Assembly (NCBI GenBank): GCA_035063585.1
Contig: JAPSGB010000003.1
Span: 192,001 to 256,000 of the forward strand
Length of the DNA: 64,000 nt
Origin: Polyangiaceae bacterium
Lineage (GTDB): Bacteria > Myxococcota_A > Polyangia > Polyangiales > Polyangiaceae
Direction of reading: 5' to 3'
Both the position numbers and the translations under genes were made by a program. Shown here in pieces: positions 1 through 10,000 of this stretch; position 1 is the first letter of the stretch; each line of letters opens with the position of its first letter. Under the pieces are notes generated by a model. The model saw nothing but the letters and a program-made list of their open reading frames with translations. It searched no databases and was not told where the DNA came from.

Positions 1-275
1 AAATCCTTCCACGACGGGTCACCGTGGCCGGCCAGATCGGCGAGCTCCTTGCCGGCGCCGAGGGCGAGTGACACGCCGGCCCCCGCCGCGGCGCGCTCGG
101 CGCGGCGCTCGACGAGGAGCGACGCTCCCGCGTAGGCGCCGGCCGCGAGCCCCACCGACACCCCGAAGTGGAGCGCCTTGTCCCGGCCGAACCAGTCGTC
201 TTCGGCGCTGGCTCGCGAGCTCGCGAGCAGCGCTGCCCCGAGCACCGCGGCCGCGATGAGTCCTCGCGCGCGCAC
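1..275 (-). CDS. YfiM/DUF2279-like putative membrane or exported protein (3' end runs off the window)
   Basis: Not in the ORF track. Manual translation from GTG at 275 gives MRARGLIAAAVLGAALLASSRASAEDDWFGRDKALHFGVS...GAGKELADLAGHGDPSWKD, with a signal peptide and the DKxxHF, GKE and SWKD motifs typical of the YfiM family. Confidence 0.7.
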   Translation of the reverse strand, partial: MRARGLIAAAVLGAALLASSRASAEDDWFGRDKALHFGVSVGLAAGAYAGASLLVERRAERAAAGAGVSLALGAGKELADLAGHGDPSWKD

Positions 276-505
276 GGCACGAGCCTAACACCGCTCCCGC
301 GTAAATCGATCACGCTTCGCTGCGCGAGTCCCGGGGGCGCCACCGACCCTCCGGCCGAGCACTCCCCGGCGCCGCTCGGTCCTCCGCTAGTGGCGGTCCG
401 GCGCGGCCGGCGTCCGATCCGCTCGCGCGGGGGCCGTCCCGTGGAGAGACGGGATTTCCCTGAGCGCCCCCGCGGTGGCACGATGCCGGGCCGCCTGGAG
501 TCCCC

Positions 506-2551
506 ATGTCCGATCGACGCATCCTGGTCACGAGCGCTCTGCCCTACGCCAACGGGCACATCCACCTCGGTCACCTCGTGGAATACGTTCAGACCGACGT
601 CTGGGTGCGCTTTCAGCGGCTTCGGGGCCGGCGCGTCATCTTCATGTGCGCCGACGACACTCACGGCACGTCGATCATGATCCGCGCCCGCAACGAAGGG
701 CGGAGCGAAGAGGCCGTCATCGCCGAGATGAGCGCCGCGCACCAGCGAGATTTCGCGGGCTTCCAGATCAGCTTCGATCACTACGGCAGCACGCACTCGG
801 AGGACAACCGCGCGCTCTGCGAGGAGATCTGGGCCGCGCTTCGCGCTCACGGCCTGGTGAGCGAGCGGGAGGTGACGCAGCTCTACGACGCCGAGGCCGG
901 CACCTTCCTCGCCGATCGGTTCGTCAAGGGCGCGTGCCCGGTGTGCAAGCTGCCGGACCAGTACGGAGACAGCTGCGACAACGGGCACACTTACTCCCCG
1001 GCCGAGCTCATCGAGCCGGTGAGCACGCTGTCCGGCACCAAGCCCGAGCTCCGCAGCGCGCCGCACCTCTTCGTCGATATCGAGCACTGGCACTCACTCC
1101 TCGAGGAGTGGACGCAACGTGGCGGTCATCTTCAGCCCGAGATCGCCAACTACCTGAAGGGGCATTTTCTCGCCGAGCCGCTCCGCCCGTGGGACGTCTC
1201 CCGGCCCGCGCCCTACTTCGGATTCGAGATCCCCGACGCGCCCGGGCACTACTGGTACGTCTGGTTCGACGCGCCCATCGGTTACATGGCGGCGACTCGC
1301 GAGTGGTGCCGGGCGCACGGCGAGCGCTTCGAGGACTGGTGGCGCTCGCCCGACACGGAGATCCATCACTTCATCGGGAAAGACATCGTCTACTTTCATA
1401 CGCTCTTCTGGCCCGCGATGCTGAAGACGGCAGGGTTCTCGCTGCCGGAGCGCGTGCGCGTTCACGGATTTCTCACGGTGGATGGCGCGAAGATGTCGAA
1501 ATCGAAGGGGACGTTCGTGCTCGCCAGCACCTATCTCGAGCATCTGGACCCGGCGTACCTCCGCTATTTCTTCGCGAGCAAGCTGAGCGCGCGGGTCGCC
1601 GATCTCGATCTCGATCTCGAGGAGATCGTCGCCAAGGTAAATAGCGACCTCATCGGCAAGGTGGTGAACCTCGCCAGTCGCACCGCGCGCTTCGTCGAGC
1701 CCGTCGGGCTCTCGTCCGACTATCCGGAAGACGGTGGGCTCTTCGCCGACGGCGTGCGCGCGGGCGACGAAATAGCCCGCGCCTACGAGGAGTGCGATCT
1801 CGCCGCCGCGATGCGCGCGGTGATGGCGCTCGCCGATCGCGCCAACGAGTACGTGGACCACGCGGCGCCCTGGAAGCTCAAGAAGGATCCGGCGCGCTCG
1901 GTCGAGCTCCAGCGCGTGTGCACCGTGGTGCTCAATCTGTTTCGTCAGCTCGTCGTCTACCTCGCGCCGGTGCTCCCGAAGCTCGCCGAGGACACGGGCG
2001 CGCTCCTCGGCGCGCCCATCACCACGTGGAGCGACGCCTCACGGCCGCTCGTGGGCACGCCGGTCGCTCCGTTCTCACACCTGATGCAGCGGGTCGAGCC
2101 AGCGAAGATCGCGGCCATGATCGCGGCGAGCGCGACCCCGGAGGACGCCCCGCGCGGTCCCGCGCCGGACCGACCACCAGCAGAAGACGACGGCGCGGCG
2201 CTCGAGGCCGAGCCCCTCGCGCCCGAGTGCACCATCGACGACTTCGCGAAGGTAGATCTCCGGGTGGCGCGCGTGCTCGCGGCGGAGGCGGTGCCTGAGT
2301 CGAAGAAGCTCTTGAAGCTCACCGTGAGCCTCGGCGGCGGCGTGACCCGCACCGTCTTCGCAGGCATCAAGGCTGCTTATCGGCCGGAGGCCCTGGTCGG
2401 GCGCCTCGTCGTCGTGGTCGCGAACCTGGCGCCCCGAAAAATGAAGTTCGGGACCAGCGAGGGGATGGTGGCGGCCGCGGGCCCCGGCGGCGCCGAGGTG
2501 TACCTGCTCTCGCCCGACACGGGCGCCAAGCCGGGGCAGCGGCTACACTGA
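506..2551 (+). CDS. metG: Methionine--tRNA ligase with C-terminal tRNA-binding (Trbp111-like) domain
   Basis: [13 protein letters not shown] (HIGH) and KMSKS motifs, C-terminal [10 protein letters not shown]...[15 protein letters not shown] domain; GGAG RBS at 497-500. Confidence 0.98.
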   Translation: MSDRRILVTSALPYANGHIHLGHLVEYVQTDVWVRFQRLRGRRVIFMCADDTHGTSIMIRARNEGRSEEAVIAEMSAAHQRDFAGFQISFDHYGSTHSEDNRALCEEIWAALRAHGLVSEREVTQLYDAEAGTFLADRFVKGACPVCKLPDQYGDSCDNGHTYSPAELIEPVSTLSGTKPELRSAPHLFVDIEHWHSLLEEWTQRGGHLQPEIANYLKGHFLAEPLRPWDVSRPAPYFGFEIPDAPGHYWYVWFDAPIGYMAATREWCRAHGERFEDWWRSPDTEIHHFIGKDIVYFHTLFWPAMLKTAGFSLPERVRVHGFLTVDGAKMSKSKGTFVLASTYLEHLDPAYLRYFFASKLSARVADLDLDLEEIVAKVNSDLIGKVVNLASRTARFVEPVGLSSDYPEDGGLFADGVRAGDEIARAYEECDLAAAMRAVMALADRANEYVDHAAPWKLKKDPARSVELQRVCTVVLNLFRQLVVYLAPVLPKLAEDTGALLGAPITTWSDASRPLVGTPVAPFSHLMQRVEPAKIAAMIAASATPEDAPRGPAPDRPPAEDDGAALEAEPLAPECTIDDFAKVDLRVARVLAAEAVPESKKLLKLTVSLGGGVTRTVFAGIKAAYRPEALVGRLVVVVANLAPRKMKFGTSEGMVAAAGPGGAEVYLLSPDTGAKPGQRLH

Positions 2552-2563
2552 GCCGCACCGACG

Positions 2564-3895
2564 TCAGCGCGCGACGCGCTCGATGACGAGCGGGTTCGCG
2601 CGGGGGCGTCGCGGCCCGAGGCGGAACGCCGCGGCTGCGCGCTTCACGAGCGGTTCCATCCCGCGGCGGCTCCGCACGTGGAGGAAGGCGAGCGGCGCGC
2701 CGCGCTCCACGCGTTCGCCCCGCTTCGCGCAAAGCTCGATGCCGACGGCGTGATCCACCGCCTGGTCGGCGCGGGTGCGGCCGGCGCCCATCGCCACCGA
2801 GACCAGCCCGAGCTCGAGCGGATCGATGTCCGTGACGAACCCGGACGCCGGCGCCTCGAGCGGGAGCTTCACGGGGGCTGTCGGCAAGCGCGCCGGATCG
2901 TGCACGACCCGCGCGTCCCCGCCGTGGGCCTCCACCATGCGCGCCAGCCGGTCGAGCGCGGAGCCGTCTTGGAGCCTCGACTCGAGCTGCCGTCGGGCGT
3001 CCGCGGTGCGCTTGGCCGCGCCGGCCGCGAGCAGCATCTCCGCGCCGAGCGCGAGGGTGAGCTCGCGGGTGTCGGGCGGGCCACCGCCAGCGAGGACCTC
3101 GATCGCCTCGCGCGTCTCGAGCGCGTTGCCGATGCTCGCGCCGATGGGGGTGTCCATGTCGGTGATGAGCGCGACGACCTGCTTGCCACCGCCGCGGCCG
3201 ACGCGAACCAGCGCGCGCGCCAGCGCGCGGGCGCGCGCGCGATCCTTCATGAACGCGCCGCGACCGACCTTCACGTCGAGTACCAGCGCGTCGATCCCCT
3301 CGGCGAGCTTCTTGCTCAAGATGCTGGCGACGATGAGCGGGATGCTCTCGACCGTACCGGTGACGTCGCGGAGCGCGTAGATGCGACGATCGGCGGGGGC
3401 GAGTCGCGCCGTCTGGCCGATCATCGAGGTGCCGACCTCGCGCACGACCTTCTCGAAACGCCTCGGCTCGAGCCCCACCTGATAGCCGGGGATGGCCTCG
3501 AGCTTGTCGAGGGTACCGCCGGTGTGGCCGAGCCCGCGCCCGCTGATCATCGGCACCGCGACCCCGCAGGCCGCTACCAGAGGCGCGAGGCAGATGCTGA
3601 TCTTGTCGCCGACCCCGCCGGTCGAGTGCTTGTCCACCTTGGGCGCGCGGACCGAGCGGAGCTCGAGGACGTCTCCCGAGTGGAGCATGGCGCGGGTGAG
3701 CGCCAGCGTCTCGTCGTCGTCGAGCCCGCGAAGGAGCGCGGCCATCAGCCACGCGCTCATCTGATAGTCGGCGACCTTGCCCGACGTGAAACCGTCGATG
3801 AAGCTCTGGATTTCGTGCGCGGTGAGGGTGCCTCCCTCGCGTTTGCGGACGATGAGCTCGACGGGGCTCAGGGTGGTCGTGGTTGCGTCTCTCAC
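2564..3895 (-). CDS. Thymidine/pyrimidine-nucleoside phosphorylase
   Basis: DKHSTGGVGDK, SGRGLGHTGGTLDKLE and SILSKKLAEG motifs; start trimmed to GTG at 3895. Confidence 0.93.
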   Translation of the reverse strand: MRDATTTTLSPVELIVRKREGGTLTAHEIQSFIDGFTSGKVADYQMSAWLMAALLRGLDDDETLALTRAMLHSGDVLELRSVRAPKVDKHSTGGVGDKISICLAPLVAACGVAVPMISGRGLGHTGGTLDKLEAIPGYQVGLEPRRFEKVVREVGTSMIGQTARLAPADRRIYALRDVTGTVESIPLIVASILSKKLAEGIDALVLDVKVGRGAFMKDRARARALARALVRVGRGGGKQVVALITDMDTPIGASIGNALETREAIEVLAGGGPPDTRELTLALGAEMLLAAGAAKRTADARRQLESRLQDGSALDRLARMVEAHGGDARVVHDPARLPTAPVKLPLEAPASGFVTDIDPLELGLVSVAMGAGRTRADQAVDHAVGIELCAKRGERVERGAPLAFLHVRSRRGMEPLVKRAAAAFRLGPRRPRANPLVIERVAR

Positions 3896-3951
3896 GCCGA
3901 GGAGTCTAGCCCCGGCGTGCCGCGTGGAGCAAAACGCTCGTGCGTCCGGCC

Positions 3952-6900
3952 TCAGGTCGGGTCGCTGTCGAAGCAGCAGCGGAACCCGGTGTCGTAGAGC
4001 TGCAGCGAGCGCTTGATCTTGTAGAAGGTGAAATCGCAGCTCGCGCCGGCTTCCGACTGGGTGTTGAACGCGCCGCCCATCAGCGGGAAGAGGCACGTGG
4101 TGTTCGCGTTGTTATCGTTGCCGTTCAGGTCGGTGATGTTACAGCCCGCACCGCTTCCCGCCTTGTCCCAGGTGATCTCGCGGAGGTTACCCTCGATGTC
4201 GTACGCGCTGGTGTTGCCTCCGGTCGTCCAGGTGGCGAAGCACTTCGACAACGCGCTCGAGCGGGTCGGGAGCAGGCCGTCCTGGATGCCGGGCGCGACC
4301 GGGTCGAAATCGAACAGGCCGATGTTGCAGATACGGGCCGGTGTGCCGCCGGCGTAGGTGCCGTTGGTCTGGCAATGAGCGACGCCGCCCGACCGGTCGT
4401 AGCCGCGGGTGCAGGCCTGGGTGGCGTGACACGCCGTCTGCCAGTCGGTGAGCTGGCACAGGCGGCCGCCGCGCGCCGTGCAGGTCTGCGCGGCCTCTAC
4501 CGGCGTCACGTTGAACCAAGGCACCACGCTGGGGGCCGAGCAGGCTACCGTCTTGTCGATCGTCGTGCCGGCGGGCGCCGAGGTCTGATAGCCGTTGCCG
4601 CTGCCCGAGTCGCTCGCCGTGGCGCTCGGCCGGCTCGCCTCGTAGCTGAACATGAATTTGTTGCCGCCGAGGTTGGTCACCGCCGGCTTCACATACGAGG
4701 GGCTCGGGCCCGGCGCGCTCTTCGGCTCGTCGATGAGGCTGTCGCAGTCATTGTCGACCCCGTCGCAAGTCTCTTGCGACGCCTTCGACAGATCCGTCGT
4801 CGCGTTGCAGAGGGTCGAGGTCTTGTTCGAGCCGCAGACGAACTTCCCGGTCGAGCGGCACTGGCCGTCGCCGGGCGGCGGCTTGCCGTCGTCGCTCGCG
4901 CAGGGTTGGTCGAGATAGCCGCTGACCCGCGCTGGGTAGCGGTACGTCTCGTCTGCGCTCCCGTTGCAGTTGTTGTCGAGCCCGTCGCACACGTCCGCGA
5001 CGCCAGCGCAATAGTTCGGGGCGGCGGCGTTGTCGCAGTAGCCGGCCGGGAAGGTGCACTTCCAGGCCCCCGCCGTACACGCAATGCCGACTCCGGTCGT
5101 GCAGCCTGCGTCGGTCGCGGCCGCCGCGACCCCGCAGACCTGCACGGCCGTAGGCTCGTTGGCGGGGAGCACGTCATCGATGACGCAGTTGCAGTCGTCG
5201 TCGACGCCGTTGCACTGCTCGGTGTTCGACGTCTTCTTACAGTACGTCTCGCAGTCCGGGCTGGCGTTGTTGCAGTTCAAGTAGTTTGCGGCGCAGCCGG
5301 CGTTCACACATTTTCCTGCGGAGCAGGTCCAGGTGATGTGCCCGCCGCCGGCGGTGCAGTCGTTGCCGCAGCTGCCGCAGTTGCGGACGTCGTTCTGGAA
5401 GTCGGGCTGGCCCGTGAGCACGCCGTCGCAGTTGGCGTCCACCTTGCACTGGTCCGGGGTCGCGGGAGGTCGCGTGACCGAGCCGACGCACTTCTTCGCG
5501 CCGCCGACGCAGGCCAAGGTTCCGGCCCGACACGGTGAGGTCGCGCCAGAGGGGGGGGATACCGGGACGTCACACGTCCCGACCGAGTCGCCTGGCGGCG
5601 TGGCGCAGACCCTGTCGGCCGGCCCGCCGCGGACCATGCAGAGCTGCCCGCTCGCGCAGTCGGTGTCCGTCGTGCACGCCTTCACCGGCGTCGCGAGCTT
5701 CCCGTCGATGACGCCGTCACAGTCGTCGTCTTGGCCGTTGCAGCTCTCGGTGCCGGGCCCGACGTCATTGATGCAGGTGAGCGAGCCGCTCTGGCACGCC
5801 TTGGTGCCTGCCACGCAGTTGCCGACCGAGCTCCCGCAGGTGCCGCCGGCGTCGGTCGGGTTGTTGTCGGGCGTGCCGTCGCAGTCGTCGTCGGTGCCGT
5901 TGCAGGTCTCGAGTTGGTCGCCGGGCTTGAGCACCTGCGGCCCGGTAGGGGCGTCACAGAGGCCGTTCCGCACGCCGGTGACGGGCAAGTTCGGGTTGCT
6001 GCTGCTCATCGTGTTCGAGTCGACGTCGCAGCAGGTGATGAGCCCGCCGATGCACTTGCTGACGCCCTGGTGGCTCGGGTCGGCGCACGCGCCGTTCAGG
6101 CCGCCGAAGCACGCCTGCCCGACGTTCGGGTCGTCGGTCTCGAGGCTCGAGTCGGTGTTGTCGATCTTGCCGTCGCAGTCGTTGTCGAGGCCGTCGCAGA
6201 GCTCCGGACCGGTCGGCGTGCACTGATATTCGCAGCCGTTCGAGGCCGAGCCGTCGATGTCGTAGTAGCCAGCATTGCACGTGTCGATCACGCACTTGGT
6301 GTTGGTCGCGTCGCACGCGGAGCCGGTGGCGGTGCTGACGCACTTTGGGGTCCCGTTGGGGGCCGTGCAGGATTTCCCGCATTTCCCGCAGTTCGTGACG
6401 TCCGCGCAGACGTCCACGTCTTCATCGATGACCCCGTCGCAGTCATCGTCCTTGCCGCAGCCGTCGGCGCCGCCCGGATCGGTCGTGTTCGTGCCGCTCG
6501 GGTTCCACTGGCAGTAGTACTCGCAGCCGTTGTCGCCCGCGCCGTCGACATCGTAGTAGTCCGGCGAACACTTCGAGAATTTGCAGGTCCCCGCTACGGT
6601 GCCGTCGGTCACCGATGGGGGAGTGCAGCTCACCGTGGTGAGGTCGACGCCGGTCCACGGCAGCTGCGTGCAGTCGTTGGCGCAAGTGCCGCACGCATGG
6701 ACGCCGGTGAAGTCGATCCCGTCGTCTGCCTTGCCGTTGCAGTCGTTGTCGATGCCGTCGCAGATTTCGACGCCGCCGTTGGTCGCCGCGCAGGTCTCGG
6801 CGCCGCCACCGCCATCGAGGTTGATGCCGCCTCCGCTGCCGCCGCCGTCGACGTCGATGCCGCCGCCCGTCCCGCCAGTCGCGCCGGTGCCGCCGCCGGC

Positions 6901-7035
6901 GCCGCCGGTCGCGGCGCTCCCGCCGTCATCTCCGCAGTCGCGGAAGCAGAAGCTCTCGGTGGTGCACCCGGAGAGGAGCGCGAGCGTGCCGCTGAGGGAG
7001 GCCGCGACGAGCGCGGTCTTGAGCCGCGAGCTCAT
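3952..7035 (-). CDS. Large Cys-rich lipoprotein with MopE-type ExCDGxDNDCDG repeats and a C-terminal FGE-sulfatase/C-lectin-like domain
   Basis: ATG at 7035 overlaps the upstream stop (ATGA). Lipobox LSGC, Gly-rich linker, about 7 canonical plus 2 variant repeats, CGxCxxxC units, and C-terminal YEASRP...GGRLC...YDIEGNLRE...GFRCC. Confidence 0.85.
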   Translation of the reverse strand: MSSRLKTALVAASLSGTLALLSGCTTESFCFRDCGDDGGSAATGGAGGGTGATGGTGGGIDVDGGGSGGGINLDGGGGAETCAATNGGVEICDGIDNDCNGKADDGIDFTGVHACGTCANDCTQLPWTGVDLTTVSCTPPSVTDGTVAGTCKFSKCSPDYYDVDGAGDNGCEYYCQWNPSGTNTTDPGGADGCGKDDDCDGVIDEDVDVCADVTNCGKCGKSCTAPNGTPKCVSTATGSACDATNTKCVIDTCNAGYYDIDGSASNGCEYQCTPTGPELCDGLDNDCDGKIDNTDSSLETDDPNVGQACFGGLNGACADPSHQGVSKCIGGLITCCDVDSNTMSSSNPNLPVTGVRNGLCDAPTGPQVLKPGDQLETCNGTDDDCDGTPDNNPTDAGGTCGSSVGNCVAGTKACQSGSLTCINDVGPGTESCNGQDDDCDGVIDGKLATPVKACTTDTDCASGQLCMVRGGPADRVCATPPGDSVGTCDVPVSPPSGATSPCRAGTLACVGGAKKCVGSVTRPPATPDQCKVDANCDGVLTGQPDFQNDVRNCGSCGNDCTAGGGHITWTCSAGKCVNAGCAANYLNCNNASPDCETYCKKTSNTEQCNGVDDDCNCVIDDVLPANEPTAVQVCGVAAAATDAGCTTGVGIACTAGAWKCTFPAGYCDNAAAPNYCAGVADVCDGLDNNCNGSADETYRYPARVSGYLDQPCASDDGKPPPGDGQCRSTGKFVCGSNKTSTLCNATTDLSKASQETCDGVDNDCDSLIDEPKSAPGPSPSYVKPAVTNLGGNKFMFSYEASRPSATASDSGSGNGYQTSAPAGTTIDKTVACSAPSVVPWFNVTPVEAAQTCTARGGRLCQLTDWQTACHATQACTRGYDRSGGVAHCQTNGTYAGGTPARICNIGLFDFDPVAPGIQDGLLPTRSSALSKCFATWTTGGNTSAYDIEGNLREITWDKAGSGAGCNITDLNGNDNNANTTCLFPLMGGAFNTQSEAGASCDFTFYKIKRSLQLYDTGFRCCFDSDPT

Positions 7036-10000
7036 GAGCGGCCTCCGCCGACGCGAGCCCCGCGGAGCGACACTTGCTTTCGCCGCCTCCGCTCGATGAG
7101 GCCGAGCGTGAGCCCGAGGCCGACGAGCACCGCGCCGGGGCCAGGGAGCCGATGCCCGGCGCCCGCCGCGCGGCACGCGCAGCCGCCACCACCGGTCGCG
7201 AGGCCCCAGGCGCCCTGCGCGCTCGCGCCCCCGTTCGAGGTGCCGCCGGCCGCGCCGCCGAGTCCGCTGTCGGGTCGGGTCCCGCCGGAGCCTCCGGAGG
7301 AGCCTCCGTCCGTAGCGCCCGCGCCGCCCGTTCCGCCGGTGGCGCCGGCTCCGCCCGCGCCGCCCGTTCCGCCCTCGGGTGCCCAGACGCACTGCCCGTT
7401 CTCGCACACCTGCGCCGCCGGACAGGTCACGCCGGCGCAGGGCGGGTTGCCGCAGCTTCCCGTCTTCGGATCGCAGGCGTACCCGTCCGTGCAGCTCGCG
7501 CCGCCGTCAGCGTCACACTTGCTCGGCTGACAGGCGAACCCGCCGCTGCCGTCGTCGAGGCAGTACTCGCCGTCCGGGCACCCCTGAGCGCAGCCGGTCG
7601 CGCGGCAGGTCCCCTCGACGCACTCCTCGCCGGTCGAGCAGGTCACGCTCGCGCAGCTTCCCACGCAGCGCGCCGTGGAGAAATCGCTGCTCGGCTTGCA
7701 GACCTCGTCGGGCTGGCAGGGGCTCGGGTCGCAGGGGTCGTCGATGCAGGTCTTGGCGTTGCAGACCTCGCCGGTCGAGCACGGGAAGAAGAAGCAGTTC
7801 GTGTCCGAGTGGCAGGTGCCTGCCGAAGGCCCGGCCATCACGCAATCTTGCCCGGGCGAGCAGGTGATCTCGGCGCACGGATGGTCGCAGCCGCTCGGGG
7901 TGCACACGCACTCGGGGAGCGCGCTCCCATCTTCGGCGAGGGTGCCTGCCGGGCCACACACCACCGTGCCTTTCGAGTCCTTGTGGGTCTTCTGCTGGCA
8001 GTTTCCGCAAGGATCATTGACGCAGAACTTCCCGGCTGACTCGTCGGTGCCGCTTCGGTCGACGGTCTGGCAGGTGGTACCGCTCTGCGGGCAGGGGAAC
8101 TCGGCGGTTTGGCACGGAGAGGCGCACTGGCAGAGCCCGTCGTGGACCTCTACGCAGGTCTTGCCGCCGCCGCAGACCGGAGCGCCCTCGCCCGGCGCGG
8201 CGTCCTCGTCGACCCGCCCGTCGCAGTCGTTGTCGCGGCAGTCGCAGGTCTCCGGCCGCGGCCCGACGCTGCCCGAGCAAATGACCTGTCCGTTGGTGCA
8301 GGCCAACTTACCTGCCTTGCACTCGCCGACGCTCACGCCGCAGTCGTCGCCGATGTGCTGGGTCGGGTCGCTCGGGTTCTCCGAGCCGGAGATGCCGTCC
8401 GGGGCGGGGCCGGGTTCGTCGACGAGCCCGTCGCAGTCGTTGTCGAGCCCGTCGCAGAGCTCCGGCTGAGGGCCGACGCCGCCGTTGCAGATCGTGTTTC
8501 CGGTGCCGTTCGGATCGCACGCCAGCGCGCCCGGCTTGCACTGCCCCTGAGAGCGATCGCCGGGATAGCTCGCGGTGTCATAGCTCGCGGTGCAGGCGCC
8601 GCCGAGGCCGACTCCGTTGTCGACCTGCCCGTCGCAGTCGTCGTCCTTACCGTTGCAGACCTCGGCGGTCGGGCCTTGCCCGCCCTGGCAGACGATGACG
8701 CCCCCGTCGCACGCGTTCGTGCCCTTCTTGCACTCGCCAATGTCGGCGCCGCAGGCGTCGCCCACCGGGGAGCCGAGGCTCTCGTCGACCGGACCGTTGC
8801 AGTTGTTGTCCACCCCGTCGCAGACCTCGCCGGTCGGGCCCTTCGGGTTCGAGCAGGTCCAGCCGCCCACGCCGTTACACATCAGGTTTCCGGTGGCGCA
8901 CGGCGTGGTCAGGCTCCCGAGGCCGCTGCAGGTCGCTCCGGTGGGCGGGCACCACGCATAGCCCTGGTGGGCGCAGCAGTTGCCCGGCTCCTTCCAGCAG
9001 CCTCCGCTGCCCGCCGCCGGCGCGTCGGCCAGGTTGTCGTCGGTGACGCCGTTGCAGTCGTCGTCGTTGCCGTTACAGGTCTCCGGCTGCGGCGGGTTTC
9101 CGCCCTGACAGACGATTTGGCCGAGCGCGCTGTCGCACGCCGTCTGCCCCTTGGTGCAGGTGCCGGTGTCCGAGCCGCAGGGGAGCCCGAGCCCGGGGAT
9201 GTTCTCGTCCACGGACCCGTCGCAGTCGTTGTCGATGCCGTCGCAGATTTCCGCGCTCGGCCCGACCCAGCCGGCGCACGCGCCGAACGTGCCGCTCACG
9301 CACTGCTCCACGCCGCGCTGGCACTGGCTCTTCCCACCGTACTGGTAAGGTCCCGGGAAACCGCCGGTGCCGCTCGGGACGTCGCACGCTCGGTCCGGCA
9401 CGCCGTCATCGACGATGCCGTCACAGTCGTCGTCGACGCCGTCGCAGTCCTCGGGGGAGGTGGTCTGGCCGGCGCACGCGCCCCAGGTGCCTCCACCGGC
9501 AACGCATAGGTGTCCGCTCCCGTCGACGTAGGTGCCTCCCGAGGGGTTCTTCACGGCGCAGGTCTGCGTGCCCGCGCAGCTCGCCGGCGGACTGAACCCG
9601 CACGCGATGGGGGCGATGCCGTTGTCGATGACGCCATCGCAATCATTGTCGCAGCCGTCGCAGATCTCGGCGGTGGGCTGGCAATTGTTCGGGCACGCGC
9701 TGTAGGGGATGGCGCTCCCCGCGCTGTTGTCGATGATGAGGTCGCAGTCCTGGTCGGCGCCGTCGCAGGTCTCCGCTTGCGGGCAGTGGAGCGGGCTCCC
9801 GCACTTGTTGAAGCCCTCATCGGCCGTGTTGGTGCCGAGCGCGCTCGGATCGATGGTCTTGTCGCAGTTGTTGTCCTGGTCGTCGCAGACCTCGCCTGGG
9901 TTCGCGCACAGCCACTTCTGCTCCGGGTTCGTGTCCGCCGCGGTGGGCGTCCAGCACGGCAGCCACCAGCGGTTTCCCTGGGGGTTGGCCGGCGTGATGC

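Noticed and set aside
470..490. GGTGGCAC as a T-box bulge or a sigma54 -24 element upstream of metG
   Set aside because: No UGGNACC, terminator or stem I motifs, and no TTGC at the -12 position.
3952..4700. FGE/C-lectin C-terminus as a diversity-generating retroelement target
   Set aside because: No reverse transcriptase and no template-repeat copy were seen in the window.
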